DNA of 64,000 nt. Origin: Chthoniobacterales bacterium (GTDB taxonomy: Bacteria; Verrucomicrobiota; Verrucomicrobiia; Chthoniobacterales; Chthoniobacteraceae). Of this stretch, positions 26,400 to 37,342 are shown in pieces. Under the pieces are notes generated by a model. The model did not search any database. It was given only the letters and a program-made list of their open reading frames with translations, and was not told where the DNA came from. The position numbers and the translations under genes were made by a program. The stretch is taken from the NCBI GenBank assembly GCA_038207335.1, contig JBBQZX010000001.1, forward strand, positions 288,001 through 352,000. Reading direction: 5' to 3'. The first letter of the stretch is position 1; each line of letters begins with the position of its first letter.

Positions 26400-28862
26400 A
26401 TGAAAACCTCTCGTCCCTCCAAAGTCCTCGCCACCAGCATCGCCGCCGTCATCCTCGCAGGCTCCGCAGTGACCGTCTTCGCTGATGTTCAATGGAACGG
26501 CTCCGTCAGCAATAATTTCAATGACGCTGCCAACTGGACCGGCGGTTCGCCTTTCGGCCAAAATGCCTACATCGGCATCCCGGGCAGCGGCTTCGGAGGT
26601 GTCGCAGCGCCCTTTACGGCGACGATCACCCAAGATTTCCCGAGCGCAGTGATCGACCTCCAAGTCGCGCGCGGCGGCGGTGGACCGGGGGTGCTCAACC
26701 ATTTGGCTGGTGCGGCGGTGACGGGTGGCGGTAACTGGACGGACATCGGCACTGCGGGAGCCACCGGCACTTACAATCTCGCGAACGTTGGTGCTACCGG
26801 TGGTGCGCTGACAGGGTTTGGGACAGGTTCTGGCAGTCTCCAGACGAATCGAATTTACGTTGGCGGCGTCGCGTTCGATAACGCAGGAGGAACTGGTAAT
26901 TTTAATATCAACACGTCCGGGACTGTGAATGTCGGGAATCGGGTTTATGTCGGCACGCAAAACGGGATGGGAACGTTGCGACTGGACAACGGCACACTCG
27001 CGATCGGCAACGACCTCTCGGTCGGCGTCAACGCGGGGACGGGCGTTTTCAACATGTCTGGCGGCACCGTGACAACCGGCGGCTGGAATTTCATCGGCAG
27101 GTCCGACGGCGGTGATGGCCCGGCGCTCGATGGGGGAAATGGCACGGTAATCATGAGCGGCGGCACCCTCACCAACAATGGCGCACGTACGTTTGTTGGC
27201 CTTGGAAACACAACAGGCTCGATCGTTTTAAATGGCGGTATCTACAACAATACCTTGGACAATAACGACACTCAATTTGCTGTCGGTGCGAAGAACTTGG
27301 CCAACGCCACTACGCCAAGCGTTACAGTCACCAGCGGCACGCTGAACGTGAACAAGTTGCTCGCGATCGGAGGCAACGAGGGGTTTGTAGGAAACGGCGA
27401 TGCGAATTTTGTCGGAGCAGGAAAGGGCAGTTTAACGCTCAACGGAGCTAGCGGCCTCGTCAACGTCACTGGTGAGACATGGGTTGGGGACCTCGCTGGG
27501 AGCACCGGCGATGCGACTGTCAGTGCGGGTGAGTTTCGGACCAACAACTGGATCGCGGTGGGGCGGAATGGTGCGACTGGAAATCTTAACATCAGTGGCA
27601 CAGGTCTTATTAACAAAACCGGCAATGGCGACATCACGGTAGGCACGGGCACCGGGGGCGTCGGCAAGATCATCCAGACCGGCGGCACACTGAACGCAGC
27701 CTCGAATGTGCTACTCGGTGAGAACGGAACGGGCGACGGCGCGTGGAATCTGACCGCCGGCACGGCGACCGTTGCGGGTGCGGTCAATATCGCGATCAGC
27801 CAGAGTGCGAAAGGTGCCCTCACGGTCGGCGGCACGGGGACACTCACCGCGGGAACGATCCGCGATGGCTGGGGCAACGCAGGTGGCGGTCTCACGCAGG
27901 GAACGACGACCGTTAACGCAGGGGGCACGATCAACATCACCGGAGCCGGCGATTCTTTCCAAATCGGTGACAATAGTGGCACGGGCTTGCTGACCATCGC
28001 TGGCGGTGCGATCAATTTCAACGCGGGCGGCAACTTTGTCGTGGGCTGGGGCGGCACCGCGAGTGGCACGGTCAATCACAACAGCGGCTCGCTCACCACC
28101 GCGGGCAACGTTTCGCTCGGAGGCGGATTCGACGGCACCAATGTTCAGAACATCTCCGGCACGGAAACCTACAATATCCACGGCGGCACACTGTCGGCGG
28201 CGAATCTCTTCATTGCGCGCGGCAATGCGGGCACCTCGAACTTCTTGCAAGACGGCGGCACGGTCACTGTCTCCAACACCCTTGATGTGCAAGGCTTGAG
28301 CACCGGCACCTACAGCCTCTCCGGCGGGCGCCTGAACATCGACGGCACGGCTGACCTCACGAACGGCACCTTTGCCTTCACCGGAGGCAAAGTCTCCCGA
28401 AGCACTGCCGGTTCCATCGCCCTCAATGGCAACCTGACCTCCGGCAACTCCGCCGCGACGCTGAAGCTCGACGCCGACAAGACCTTCGCGTTGAGCGGCG
28501 CTTTCGACAAAACGATCGGCATCACGCTCGAGCTCACCGGCCTCACCATCCCGGCCTACAGCGGCGCGGGCATCGACACCGGCACCTTCTCGCTCGGCAC
28601 CGTCGGCAGCATTGTCGGGACCTTCGGCCCCGCGACCGACTTCATCACCGGCCTCGTGAACACTCCCGGCGCCACCTTTATCTCAGAAACAGCTGGCGAG
28701 ACCACGACCTACAATCCGGCAGCGCAGAGCGTCTATTGGGTTCAGGAAAATGCGGGCGCGGTCACGCTGAAATACAGCGTCGTTCCCGAGCCAGCGAGCC
28801 TCTCGCTGCTCGCCCTCGGTGGCATCCTCGCCGGCATGAGCCGCCGCCGGCGGGAGAGTTGA
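26400..28862 (+). CDS. PEP-CTERM exoprotein with Gly/Asn/Thr-rich beta-strand (passenger-like) repeats
   Basis: Signal peptide, repeated GxxNxSGGT motifs, C-terminal VPEPASLSLLALGGILAGMSRRRR. Confidence 0.92.
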   Translation: MKTSRPSKVLATSIAAVILAGSAVTVFADVQWNGSVSNNFNDAANWTGGSPFGQNAYIGIPGSGFGGVAAPFTATITQDFPSAVIDLQVARGGGGPGVLNHLAGAAVTGGGNWTDIGTAGATGTYNLANVGATGGALTGFGTGSGSLQTNRIYVGGVAFDNAGGTGNFNINTSGTVNVGNRVYVGTQNGMGTLRLDNGTLAIGNDLSVGVNAGTGVFNMSGGTVTTGGWNFIGRSDGGDGPALDGGNGTVIMSGGTLTNNGARTFVGLGNTTGSIVLNGGIYNNTLDNNDTQFAVGAKNLANATTPSVTVTSGTLNVNKLLAIGGNEGFVGNGDANFVGAGKGSLTLNGASGLVNVTGETWVGDLAGSTGDATVSAGEFRTNNWIAVGRNGATGNLNISGTGLINKTGNGDITVGTGTGGVGKIIQTGGTLNAASNVLLGENGTGDGAWNLTAGTATVAGAVNIAISQSAKGALTVGGTGTLTAGTIRDGWGNAGGGLTQGTTTVNAGGTINITGAGDSFQIGDNSGTGLLTIAGGAINFNAGGNFVVGWGGTASGTVNHNSGSLTTAGNVSLGGGFDGTNVQNISGTETYNIHGGTLSAANLFIARGNAGTSNFLQDGGTVTVSNTLDVQGLSTGTYSLSGGRLNIDGTADLTNGTFAFTGGKVSRSTAGSIALNGNLTSGNSAATLKLDADKTFALSGAFDKTIGITLELTGLTIPAYSGAGIDTGTFSLGTVGSIVGTFGPATDFITGLVNTPGATFISETAGETTTYNPAAQSVYWVQENAGAVTLKYSVVPEPASLSLLALGGILAGMSRRRRES

Positions 28863-28915
28863 GAGTCTGTAGTAGAGGGTTCGGAGTTTCGTCCGATAAT
28901 CTTGCTTCAAGTTTG

Positions 28916-28947
28916 AAGCGCCGCTCCGGTTCACCGGAGCGGCGTTT
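28916..28947. terminator. Intrinsic terminator-like hairpin between convergent genes
   Basis: AAGCGCCGCTCCGG-TTCA-CCGGAGCGGCGTTT, a long GC-rich stem. Confidence 0.75.
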
Positions 28948-29043
28948 GGCTTTCCGTTGTAGCTGTGATCGTTGAGCTTGGTCGCCGACCGTATCGGCAG
29001 ACAACTCCACGCCGGCATCAACGATCCCGACTACGGCGAAGCC

Positions 29044-29655
29044 TCACCCTTCCAAATACCGCTTCAGCCGTTCGCGGAGATCCGTCCGAGCGCGGAAGAG
29101 CACGCTCTTCACCGCTGGCACCGTGAGGTCGAGAATCTCCCCGATTTCCTCGTAAGAAAACTCGTCATATCGTCGCAAGATGATCGCCATCCGCTGCGTC
29201 TCCGGTAGCTCGTCGATCGCCGCTTGGATCGCCCGTTGCATCTCCTCGTCGAGCATCGCCGTGTCCGGCGCTTTCGTCCCCGCGTCCTCATACTGCATCG
29301 GCGCGTCGCCCGGCTCGGACACGGCGTCCATCGAATGCACGGGATGCCGGTTGCGCCGTCGCATTTCATTAAAAACCAGATTGCGCGTGATCTTGAAAAG
29401 CCACGTCGTGAACTTCGCCGTAGGTTCGTAACGCGGTGCTGCGCGCCACACGCGGATGAAGACCTGCTGCGCCACGTCTTCCGCTGCCGCCGCATCGCCG
29501 AGCATCTTCGCCACCACGCCAATCACCTGATGCTGATGCGCCTCCACGAGTTCGCGAAACGCCTCCGTGTCGCCCGTCTTCACGCGCTCCATCCACAGAA
29601 AATCCTGCGCGCTGGAATCGGGCGATTCGGGCGGAGTGAGCGGCGCGTCAGTCAT
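29044..29655 (-). CDS. ECF (sigma-70 group 4) RNA polymerase sigma factor
   Basis: GDTEAFRELV, AEDVAQQVFIRVW, FTTWLFKITRN, LPETQR, SYEEIGEIL, VKSVLFRAR. Confidence 0.93.
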   Translation of the reverse strand: MTDAPLTPPESPDSSAQDFLWMERVKTGDTEAFRELVEAHQHQVIGVVAKMLGDAAAAEDVAQQVFIRVWRAAPRYEPTAKFTTWLFKITRNLVFNEMRRRNRHPVHSMDAVSEPGDAPMQYEDAGTKAPDTAMLDEEMQRAIQAAIDELPETQRMAIILRRYDEFSYEEIGEILDLTVPAVKSVLFRARTDLRERLKRYLEG

Positions 29656-29806
29656 CGAGGGGCATTGGAAAATTGAAGCCGCGAGCCTCGCAGGGCAAGC
29701 GCTCCGCATAAATCCGTCGCCGCGCTCGTGGCGGTCGCTGCATTAAAAATCGAGCCCGCCCGGCATCTTGCAATCACCACCTGCGCCACTAGCTTTCCCG
29801 CCTCCG

Positions 29807-30940
29807 ATGCCACTCGCCGCCAAGCTCATACCGACGCAACTCCGCCCGATTTTCGATAAAGTCTCCGCCGGTATCCGCATCTCCGACAGCGACGCGCTCG
29901 CGCTCTACGCATCCGATGAAATCAACGCGCTCGGCACGATCGCGAACATCATCCGCGAGCGAAAAAACGGCAACGTCGCGACCTTCATCCACAACCAATA
30001 CGTCAACTACTCGAACATCTGCCTGCTCTCCTGCCAGTTCTGCGCGTTCGGCGCGAAGCGGCGCGAGGCCCACGCCTTCGAACTGAGCATCGACGAGATC
30101 GTGGAAAAAGTGCGCACGGGTGTGGCGAATGGAATCACCGAAGTCCACATGGTCGGCGGGCTGCATCCGACGTTGAAAAAGGAGTGGTATCTCGAGTTGC
30201 TCACGCGTCTGCGCGCGCTCGACCCGGCGCTTTTTTTGAAGGCATTCACCGCGATTGAAATCCGGCATCTCGCCGGGCGCGTTTTTAAAATGCCGATCGA
30301 GCAAACGCTGCGAACCCTGATGGAAGCAGGCCTCGGCGCGATCACGGGTGGCGGCGCGGAGATCTTCGCCCCCGCGATTCGCGAGCAGATTTGCCGTGGA
30401 AAAGAGAGCGCTGAGGAGTGGCTGGAGGTCCATCGCATCTGGCACGGACTCGGGATGCGGAGCACCTCGACGATGCTTTTCGGCCACATCGAAACGCACG
30501 CCGATCGCGTCGATCACCTCAGCCATCTTCGCGAGTTGCAGGATGAAACCAGCGGCTTCACCGGCTTTGTCCCATTCGCCTTCGAGCCAGAGGGCGCGCG
30601 CCCCGAGCTGAAGCACATCCCGCACGCTACTGCGCACGAGTGCCTCAAGAACCTCGCGATCAGCCGCATCTATTTGGACAACTTCGACCACATCACCGCC
30701 TACTGGATCAGCCTCGGACTGCCTCTCGCCTCGGTCGCCTTGAACTACGGAATCGACGACCTGCACGGCACCATCGCGGAGGAGAAAATCTTCCACATGG
30801 CCGGCGCGACTACGCCGCAGCAGCAGTCGATCGCCGCGATGGAAAAAGCGATCCGCGAGGCCGGCCGCGAGCCGATGCAGCGCGACACCTGTTACCGCCG
30901 CATCACCCGCGAACCCGTTCCAGCACTGGCTTTCGCGTGA
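29807..30940 (+). CDS. mqnE: Aminofutalosine synthase MqnE (radical SAM)
   Basis: NYSNICLLSCQFCAF, EVHMVGGLHP, KAFTAIEI, GGGAEIF; coupled to mqnA. Confidence 0.88.
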   Translation: MPLAAKLIPTQLRPIFDKVSAGIRISDSDALALYASDEINALGTIANIIRERKNGNVATFIHNQYVNYSNICLLSCQFCAFGAKRREAHAFELSIDEIVEKVRTGVANGITEVHMVGGLHPTLKKEWYLELLTRLRALDPALFLKAFTAIEIRHLAGRVFKMPIEQTLRTLMEAGLGAITGGGAEIFAPAIREQICRGKESAEEWLEVHRIWHGLGMRSTSTMLFGHIETHADRVDHLSHLRELQDETSGFTGFVPFAFEPEGARPELKHIPHATAHECLKNLAISRIYLDNFDHITAYWISLGLPLASVALNYGIDDLHGTIAEEKIFHMAGATTPQQQSIAAMEKAIREAGREPMQRDTCYRRITREPVPALAFA

Positions 30941-31710
30941 ATCGTTGGACTGCGCTGCACGCGCTTCGCATTGGGTGCGTGAAGTATCTCAACGCGAAGC
31001 CGCTCATTCACGCGTACGACGGCGAGGTGGTTTTCGATCATCCATCCGCGCTCGCACGCGGCATCTCGCGTGGCGATTTGGATGCTGGGCTCGTGCCGAT
31101 TTTCGAGGCGCTCGGGGCGCGCGATTATCTCGCTGTCGATGGCGTTGCGATTGCGTGCGACGGGCCGGTCTTCAGCGTCTTCCTCGCGTATCGCGGCGCG
31201 CTCGCGGATGTGCGCACGATCGCACTCGACCCGGCGTCGCTAACCTCGGTGAATTTGCTCAAAGTGTTGCTCTCGGAGTTTCACGGGATGCGTCCCGAAT
31301 TCGTGGACGTAGGAGTTCCCGCTGACGCCGAGTTGCTCATCGGAAATCAGGCGATCGAGTTCAGGCGCGAGCATGCCGCGACCCATCGCTTTCTCGATCT
31401 CGGCGAGGAGTGGAAACGCTGCACCGGATTGCCGTTCGTCTTTGCGCTGTGGCTGCTGCGACCGGGTTTGGCGGGCGTCGTGGAGATCGCGGAAGCGTTC
31501 CGCGCACTACAGCGCGACGGGCTCGCGCGGTTGCCCGAGATCGTCGTGAGCGCGACGGAGTTCGACGCGGCGTTTCGACAGCGCTATCTCACCGAGCACA
31601 TCCGCTTTGGACTCGGCGCGCGGGAGAAGGAGGCAGTTGAAAAGTTCCGCGCTCTGCTGCCCGCGCACGGCTTGGTCGCAGTGCACGGCAGTGAGTTGAG
31701 CTATGTGTAG
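30937..31710 (+). CDS. mqnA: Chorismate dehydratase MqnA (futalosine pathway)
   Basis: GTG at 30937 overlaps the mqnE stop; IGCVKYLNAKPL, GPVFSV, SLTSVNL, LLIGN, DLGEEW...TGLPFVFALW. Confidence 0.88.
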   Translation: MNRWTALHALRIGCVKYLNAKPLIHAYDGEVVFDHPSALARGISRGDLDAGLVPIFEALGARDYLAVDGVAIACDGPVFSVFLAYRGALADVRTIALDPASLTSVNLLKVLLSEFHGMRPEFVDVGVPADAELLIGNQAIEFRREHAATHRFLDLGEEWKRCTGLPFVFALWLLRPGLAGVVEIAEAFRALQRDGLARLPEIVVSATEFDAAFRQRYLTEHIRFGLGAREKEAVEKFRALLPAHGLVAVHGSELSYV

Positions 31711-31716
31711 CGCGTC

Positions 31717-34700
31717 TTACGGCGTGGGCTTTTTCTCCAAGATCCCCTTCACCGCGCGCAGAGGGATCGACGCGAAATCCGGGCGGTAGGCCATCTCATA
31801 GCCGATCTCGTAGATCGCCTTGTCGAGCACGAAAGCCTCCAGCAGGAGATTCAGATCCGTCTCGTTGTCCGGGATGAACGGCGCGCCTTTCGTCGTCTCG
31901 AGATACGCTTTCAGGAAGACATCGCTGATCGTCGTCGCCCACGCCGCCGCCCACGGCTGCAGGAACGCCGCGTCCTCCGCGCGCCGATTCGACACCGCGA
32001 CGTGCGCGGAATAGTCGAATGACCGCAGCATCCCCGCCACGTCGATGAGCGGAGAGCGCTTCAGCACCCGTTCGCCGAGCGACCGTCGCGGCTCGCCCTC
32101 GAAGTCGATGATCACGAAATCCTTCCCCGTGTTCAGCACCTGCCCGAGGTGATAGTCGCCGTGGACGATCGTCTTCAGCGTCTGGATTTTGCGTGTAAGC
32201 AAGCGCCCCTGCCGCGCAAGCAAATCCGCTTCCGCATCGAGCACCGTCTGCCCGACCTCCCGCGCACTTTCCGGCAGCGCCGGCAGCCGCTGGCGGAGCA
32301 CGCGGAACGTCTTCCCGATCGACCCGCGCATCGCTTGATACAGCGAGCGCTGCCACAGCGTCGTGAACTCCTCCGGCTCGAAGCCCGTCGTGTCCGCGCC
32401 CGCCGCGAGCGCGAGATGCAGCTCGCCCGTGCGCTGGCCGAGTAGCCGCGCGCGCTCGGGGTACACTCCGCCGATCAAGTCCTGCACTTGCTCGGAGTCG
32501 GACACGATCTCCGGTGCCTCGCCAGAGGTGCGGCTCGCGGGAGTCGCCGCGGCGAAGACCCGGTCGAAATATCGCGCGCACGAATCCAGCGCGTGCGCCC
32601 AGCCGTCGCCTTCGTTTTGGGTAAAGCTCACCATCAGCGCGAGCACTGCGGAGCCGCCGGAATCCTCCAACGCAATCGTCCCGCCGAAGCCAGGCACATT
32701 GGGGAATTGCCGCACCTCGCTAAGATACCGCGTCACCTCCGCGTCGGGATTTGGGCCGCGCTCCAGCTTTCGGTAAATCTTCAGCAGCCAGCTCGAGCCG
32801 TATACGATCGCCGTGTTTGATTGGTCTGCTTTCAGTACGCGCGAATCCCCCGCAAGCCGTTCCGCTTCCGCTGGATCGAAACCCGCGCCGCGTTTCGCCA
32901 CGAGCCGCGAAGCCCCGCTGCCGCTGCTTTCCCGCGCGATCGACTCGAAAAGCGCGCGGCGGAATTCCGTGTCCCACGCGGCATCGTGCAGCACGCGCGC
33001 CCGGTCGCCCGCCAGCACCGCCTGCGGAAATTCCTTGAGCACTTCCGCCGCCGCATCGCCCTCCGAAAATACCAACGGGAGCACATACGTTTCCGGCAGC
33101 CCCTCGACGAAAGCCACCTCCACCACCAGCACCCGCGCCTCGCCGACCGGCACCTCGTTCACGATCTTCACCTCGCGCAGCGCCTTCCCTTTTCCGCCAA
33201 ACCACCGGCACGTCTGCAAGTAGCCTGACAGCAGCTCATCCTCCAGCTCCTCGCGCAGTTCCGCGCCCCACGATTCATTCGCGAGCGTCGGCACTACGCG
33301 CTCCGCGGCCAGCGCCGCGTGCTCACTTTTCGCGCGCAGCATGAACCAGAAAAAGTTGTGCGGCCCAAACGTGAACACCGTCTTGCCCGTGCGGATTTCC
33401 GGGAATTCCCCGCTGCTGAAAAGCTCCACCGGCACACGCCCCACGAACTCCGACAGGTCCAGCTCTGCCACCTGTGCAAACCGAGACAGATTCGCCACCA
33501 CCAGCACCGTCTCGTCCTCGTGCCGCCGCAGATACGCCAGCACCTTCCCGTTGTCGCCGGGCAAAAAGTCGATGGTCCCGTGCCCGAACGCCTTCACATC
33601 TTTCCGCACCCCGATCAGCCGCCGCATCCACCAGAAGAGCGACGTCGGATTCCGCTGCTGATTCTCCACATTCACCGACTCGTATTGATACTCCGGGTCG
33701 AGGATCACCGGCAGGTAGAGCTGCTGCGGATTCGCCGTGGAAAATCCCGCATTTCGGTCCGGGCTCCATTGCATCGGCGTCCGCACGCCGTTACGGTCGC
33801 CGAGGTAAAAATTATCCCCCATCCCGATCTCATCACCGTAGTAGATGATTGGCGTCCCCGGCAGCGAGAAGAGCAGCGAATTGATCAGCTCGATCCGCCG
33901 CCGCGAGTTCCCCAGCAGCGGCGCGAGCCGGCGCCGGATGCCCAGATTGATCCTCGCCCGCGTGTCCGCCGCATAGACGCGATACATGTAGTCGCGCTCC
34001 TCATCCGTCACCATCTCCAGCGTCAGCTCGTCGTGGTTGCGCAAAAAGGTCGCCCATTGGCAATTCGCCGGGATCGCCGGCGTCTGCTCCAGGATGTCGA
34101 TGATCGGGTAGCGGTCCTCCATTTGCAGCGACATGAAAAGGCGCGGCATCAGCGGAAAGTGGAAATTCATCTGGCACTCATCTCCGTCGCCGAAATACGC
34201 CGCCGCGTCCTCCGGCCACTGATTCGCCTCGGCCAGCAGCATCCGGGAGCCGCCAAATTTCTCGTCGATGTGCGCCCGCATCTTTTTGAGAAAAGCGTGC
34301 GTCTCGGGGAGATTCTCACAGTTCGTCTGCTCCCGCTCATACAGGTAGGGCACCGCGTCGAGCCGGATGCCATCCACGCCCATCTCCAGCCAGAAATCGG
34401 TGACCTTGAAGAGCGCCTCATGCACCGCCGGGTTGTCGAAGTTCAAATCCGGCTGGTGCGAGTAGAAGCGGTGCCAGAAATACGACTTCGCCACGTTGTC
34501 GTAGGTCCAGTTCGAGGTCTCGAAATCCTTGAAGATGATGCGCGCTTCCCGGTATTTCGACGGGTCGTCGCTCCAGACGTAAAAGTCGCGCTCCGGCGAG
34601 CCGACGGGCGCTTTCCGGGCGCGCTGAAACCACGGGTTGAGGTCGGAGGTGTGGTTTAGCACGAGTTCCGTGATGACCCGGATGCCGCGCTTGTGCGCCT

Positions 34701-34962
34701 CGGCGAGGAATGCGCGGAAATCCTCGAGCACTCCGTAGCTCGGATGGACGTTGTAGTAATCCGCGATGTCGTATCCGTCGTCGCGCAGCGGCGAGGGGTA
34801 AAATGGGAGCAGCCAGATGGCCGTGATCCCCAAGTCCTCGAAGTATCCCAGCCGGCTGATGAGCCCCCGGAAGTCCCCGATCCCGTCCCCATTGCTGTCG
34901 GCGAATGCCTTGATGTGCAGCTCGTAGATGACTGCGTCTTTAAACCAGAGAGGATCGTTCAT
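31717..34962 (-). CDS. treS: Trehalose synthase (GH13) fused to maltokinase
   Basis: [48 protein letters not shown]-terminal DQSNTA and [17 protein letters not shown]. Confidence 0.96.
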   Translation of the reverse strand: MNDPLWFKDAVIYELHIKAFADSNGDGIGDFRGLISRLGYFEDLGITAIWLLPFYPSPLRDDGYDIADYYNVHPSYGVLEDFRAFLAEAHKRGIRVITELVLNHTSDLNPWFQRARKAPVGSPERDFYVWSDDPSKYREARIIFKDFETSNWTYDNVAKSYFWHRFYSHQPDLNFDNPAVHEALFKVTDFWLEMGVDGIRLDAVPYLYEREQTNCENLPETHAFLKKMRAHIDEKFGGSRMLLAEANQWPEDAAAYFGDGDECQMNFHFPLMPRLFMSLQMEDRYPIIDILEQTPAIPANCQWATFLRNHDELTLEMVTDEERDYMYRVYAADTRARINLGIRRRLAPLLGNSRRRIELINSLLFSLPGTPIIYYGDEIGMGDNFYLGDRNGVRTPMQWSPDRNAGFSTANPQQLYLPVILDPEYQYESVNVENQQRNPTSLFWWMRRLIGVRKDVKAFGHGTIDFLPGDNGKVLAYLRRHEDETVLVVANLSRFAQVAELDLSEFVGRVPVELFSSGEFPEIRTGKTVFTFGPHNFFWFMLRAKSEHAALAAERVVPTLANESWGAELREELEDELLSGYLQTCRWFGGKGKALREVKIVNEVPVGEARVLVVEVAFVEGLPETYVLPLVFSEGDAAAEVLKEFPQAVLAGDRARVLHDAAWDTEFRRALFESIARESSGSGASRLVAKRGAGFDPAEAERLAGDSRVLKADQSNTAIVYGSSWLLKIYRKLERGPNPDAEVTRYLSEVRQFPNVPGFGGTIALEDSGGSAVLALMVSFTQNEGDGWAHALDSCARYFDRVFAAATPASRTSGEAPEIVSDSEQVQDLIGGVYPERARLLGQRTGELHLALAAGADTTGFEPEEFTTLWQRSLYQAMRGSIGKTFRVLRQRLPALPESAREVGQTVLDAEADLLARQGRLLTRKIQTLKTIVHGDYHLGQVLNTGKDFVIIDFEGEPRRSLGERVLKRSPLIDVAGMLRSFDYSAHVAVSNRRAEDAAFLQPWAAAWATTISDVFLKAYLETTKGAPFIPDNETDLNLLLEAFVLDKAIYEIGYEMAYRPDFASIPLRAVKGILEKKPTP

Positions 34963-35146
34963 TGTGTTGAAAACGTGACGGCCCGCTCCCTCGCGCGTGT
35001 GCGGGGGTCGGGAGATTTCCCGACCACCCTCTCAGCCTGCCTCCTGACTGTCGCGTACCGATTTGATGGGGAAGGTTAACATCGTGCGGCACGCGTTCCC
35101 ACGGGGACCTGCAGTCGCGCCAGAAGCCAGAACGAAAGAATCCGGA

Positions 35147-35443
35147 ATGCACGTCACCCCCTCGAATGAAAGCCACCGTCTCAGACTCCTAAATCTAGGC
35201 GACCCGCACTCGCCGTGGGGCTCGTGCGGGGAAAAGCGCCACTGCATCCTCTGTGAGAAGACCTTTCGCGGCAGCGCGATCCTGCTGGAGATGCCGGGCA
35301 CGGGGCCCATCCGCCTGCGCTGCCCCAGCGCCGACTGCGCCGGCACGCCTGACACTTGGGTCCGCTGCGGCAATCCGCTCCTAGATGGCGAAGCGGGTAG
35401 GGACTGGGACCGGATCCTCGAGACGGCGGAGGTGGGCCCTTAG
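35147..35443 (+). CDS. Small Cys-rich (zinc-ribbon-like) hypothetical protein
   Basis: CILC...CPSADC pattern; 98 aa; divergent from treS. Confidence 0.65.
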   Translation: MHVTPSNESHRLRLLNLGDPHSPWGSCGEKRHCILCEKTFRGSAILLEMPGTGPIRLRCPSADCAGTPDTWVRCGNPLLDGEAGRDWDRILETAEVGP

Positions 35444-35779
35444 GTGGAGTGCTTGAGGCAGGCATGAGCGGTCAGTCCGCTCGTCGCCGGTGGCACCATT
35501 GCGTGGGTAGGGGTGGGACTGGTGGGCAACGGGTGCGGCGTTGGTGGAGAGGGGGGCGGATATGGGAGCGGTTTTATTTGCGCAGTGGAAGCTTTCAGAG
35601 GAGAGGTGGTTCCGGAGGCAAAGTGTGGGCGTGTTTTTCTCCAAAAACGCGTCTGCGGGAGCCTCAGGTGCGGGCGCGGGAATGACAGCTGAGCACGCAG
35701 CAGCCGCGGAATCGGGCGCAGCTATGACGGTTGAGGAGTCCCGTGGAGGATGCGATTTCGCTGGAAGGCGGGGGGCCGT

Positions 35780-37336
35780 TCAGGCGATGAGGTGGCGCTG
35801 CTGGCGGGCGGGGGCGCTTTTGGGGGCGGGGGAGGCGGGGGTGAGAGCGGGGGGCTGGGTGAAGGGGAGGCGTTCGCGGTTGGGGGTGCGGTGCCAGTCG
35901 CGGGTGAGGGCTTCGGAGACGAGGTCGGGGGGGAGGTGGCGCTGGGTGGTGAGGTAGGTGTGGAGGGATTCGGCGAGGGTGGCGAGGGGGACGGAGTGGA
36001 GGCGACCGAGGCGGGCGGCGAGCCAGTCGGTGAAGGCGAGGATTGCGGTGAAGGGCGTGGGATTTTCGACTGCAGGCGGGGCGTCGGAGGACGTGGGCGT
36101 GTGGTTTGCAACCCAGAGGAGGGGCAATGTGGCGGGGAAGTGGCCGCTGTTGCCAATGAGGTCCCAGCAGCGGGCGAAGCGGCGGAGGCGCTGCATGGTG
36201 GGGAAGTCGATGAGGCGGTTTTGGAGGATTTCGTAGGGGGGCTGGGGGGCGTAGGTCATGGCCCACTCGGTGTCATGGCGGATGATGGGGGTGCCGCGGA
36301 GGCGTTTGAGGATGCCGACTTGGATTTCCTGGGGGCCGAGGGCCAGGAGGCGGTCGAAGCCGCGGCCGAAGGTGGGGAGGTCCTCCCCGGGGAGGCCGGC
36401 GATGAGGTCGGCGTGGATGTGGACGCCGGTGCGCTGGCGGAGGTAACGGAGGTTGTCTTCGAGGCGGGGGATGTTTTGGCGGCGGCTGATGTTTTTGGCG
36501 GTGGCGTCGTCGAAGGTCTGGATGCCGACCTCGAACTGGAGGGCGCCGGGGGGGAAGCGGGCGATGATTTCGCGGAGGGGCTCGGGGAGGCGGTCGGGGA
36601 CCATCTCGAAGTGGATGAAGAGGCCGGGACGCCAGCGGGCGAGGAAGAAGTCGAGGATGGCGCGGCTGCTGGTGAGGTTGAGGTTGAAGGTGCGATCAAC
36701 GAATTTGAACTGGGTGGCGCCGCGGTCGAGGAGGCGCTGGAGGGCATCGAGGAAGAGGGGGAGTGGGACGGCGCGGACGGGAACGTCGAGGGAGGAGAGG
36801 CAGAATTCGCAGGTGAAAGGGCAGCCGCGGGAGGCTTCGACGTAGAGGACGCGGTGGGAGAGGTCGGAGTCGGTGTAGAGGTCGTACGGGAGGGCGAGGG
36901 TGTCGAGGGCGGGGAGGTCGGCGGGGAGGATTTTGGGGAGGGTGTGGCCGGCGAGGAGCTGGGCGCAGACTTGGGAAAATTTGGTGTCGGCTTCGCCGGT
37001 GATGGTGTGGTCGGCGAGCTGGATGATGGGCTGGCCGAGGGTTTCGTGGCTGACTTCGGGGCCTCCGAGGATGATGAGGGTTTGGGGGCTGAGTCGTTTG
37101 ATTAAGGCGACGACTTCGGTGCTGAGGGCGACGTTCCAGATGTAGATGCCGAGGCCGATGATGCGGGGCTGGTGGGCGAGGATGGCTTCGACGATTTCGA
37201 GCGGGCGCTGGTTGATGTCGAACTCGAGGATGGCGGTGCGCGGCTGGAGGTCGCCCATATTGGCGAGCAGGTAGCGCAGGCCGAAGGCGGCGTGGATGTA
37301 GCGGGCGTTGAGGGTGACGAGGAGGATGTCGGGCAT
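35780..37336 (-). CDS. B12-binding-domain radical SAM protein (DUF4080-type C-terminus likely)
   Basis: N-terminal cobalamin-binding-like (IYIWN, LGGPEVS, GEAD), EASRGCPFTCEFCLSS, DLIAGLPGE, PPYEIL. Confidence 0.88.
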   Translation of the reverse strand: MPDILLVTLNARYIHAAFGLRYLLANMGDLQPRTAILEFDINQRPLEIVEAILAHQPRIIGLGIYIWNVALSTEVVALIKRLSPQTLIILGGPEVSHETLGQPIIQLADHTITGEADTKFSQVCAQLLAGHTLPKILPADLPALDTLALPYDLYTDSDLSHRVLYVEASRGCPFTCEFCLSSLDVPVRAVPLPLFLDALQRLLDRGATQFKFVDRTFNLNLTSSRAILDFFLARWRPGLFIHFEMVPDRLPEPLREIIARFPPGALQFEVGIQTFDDATAKNISRRQNIPRLEDNLRYLRQRTGVHIHADLIAGLPGEDLPTFGRGFDRLLALGPQEIQVGILKRLRGTPIIRHDTEWAMTYAPQPPYEILQNRLIDFPTMQRLRRFARCWDLIGNSGHFPATLPLLWVANHTPTSSDAPPAVENPTPFTAILAFTDWLAARLGRLHSVPLATLAESLHTYLTTQRHLPPDLVSEALTRDWHRTPNRERLPFTQPPALTPASPAPKSAPARQQRHLIA

Positions 37337-37342
37337 CGGGCT

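Noticed and set aside
31717..34962. TreS-maltokinase fusion as a novelty
   Set aside because: A well-known, widespread architecture.
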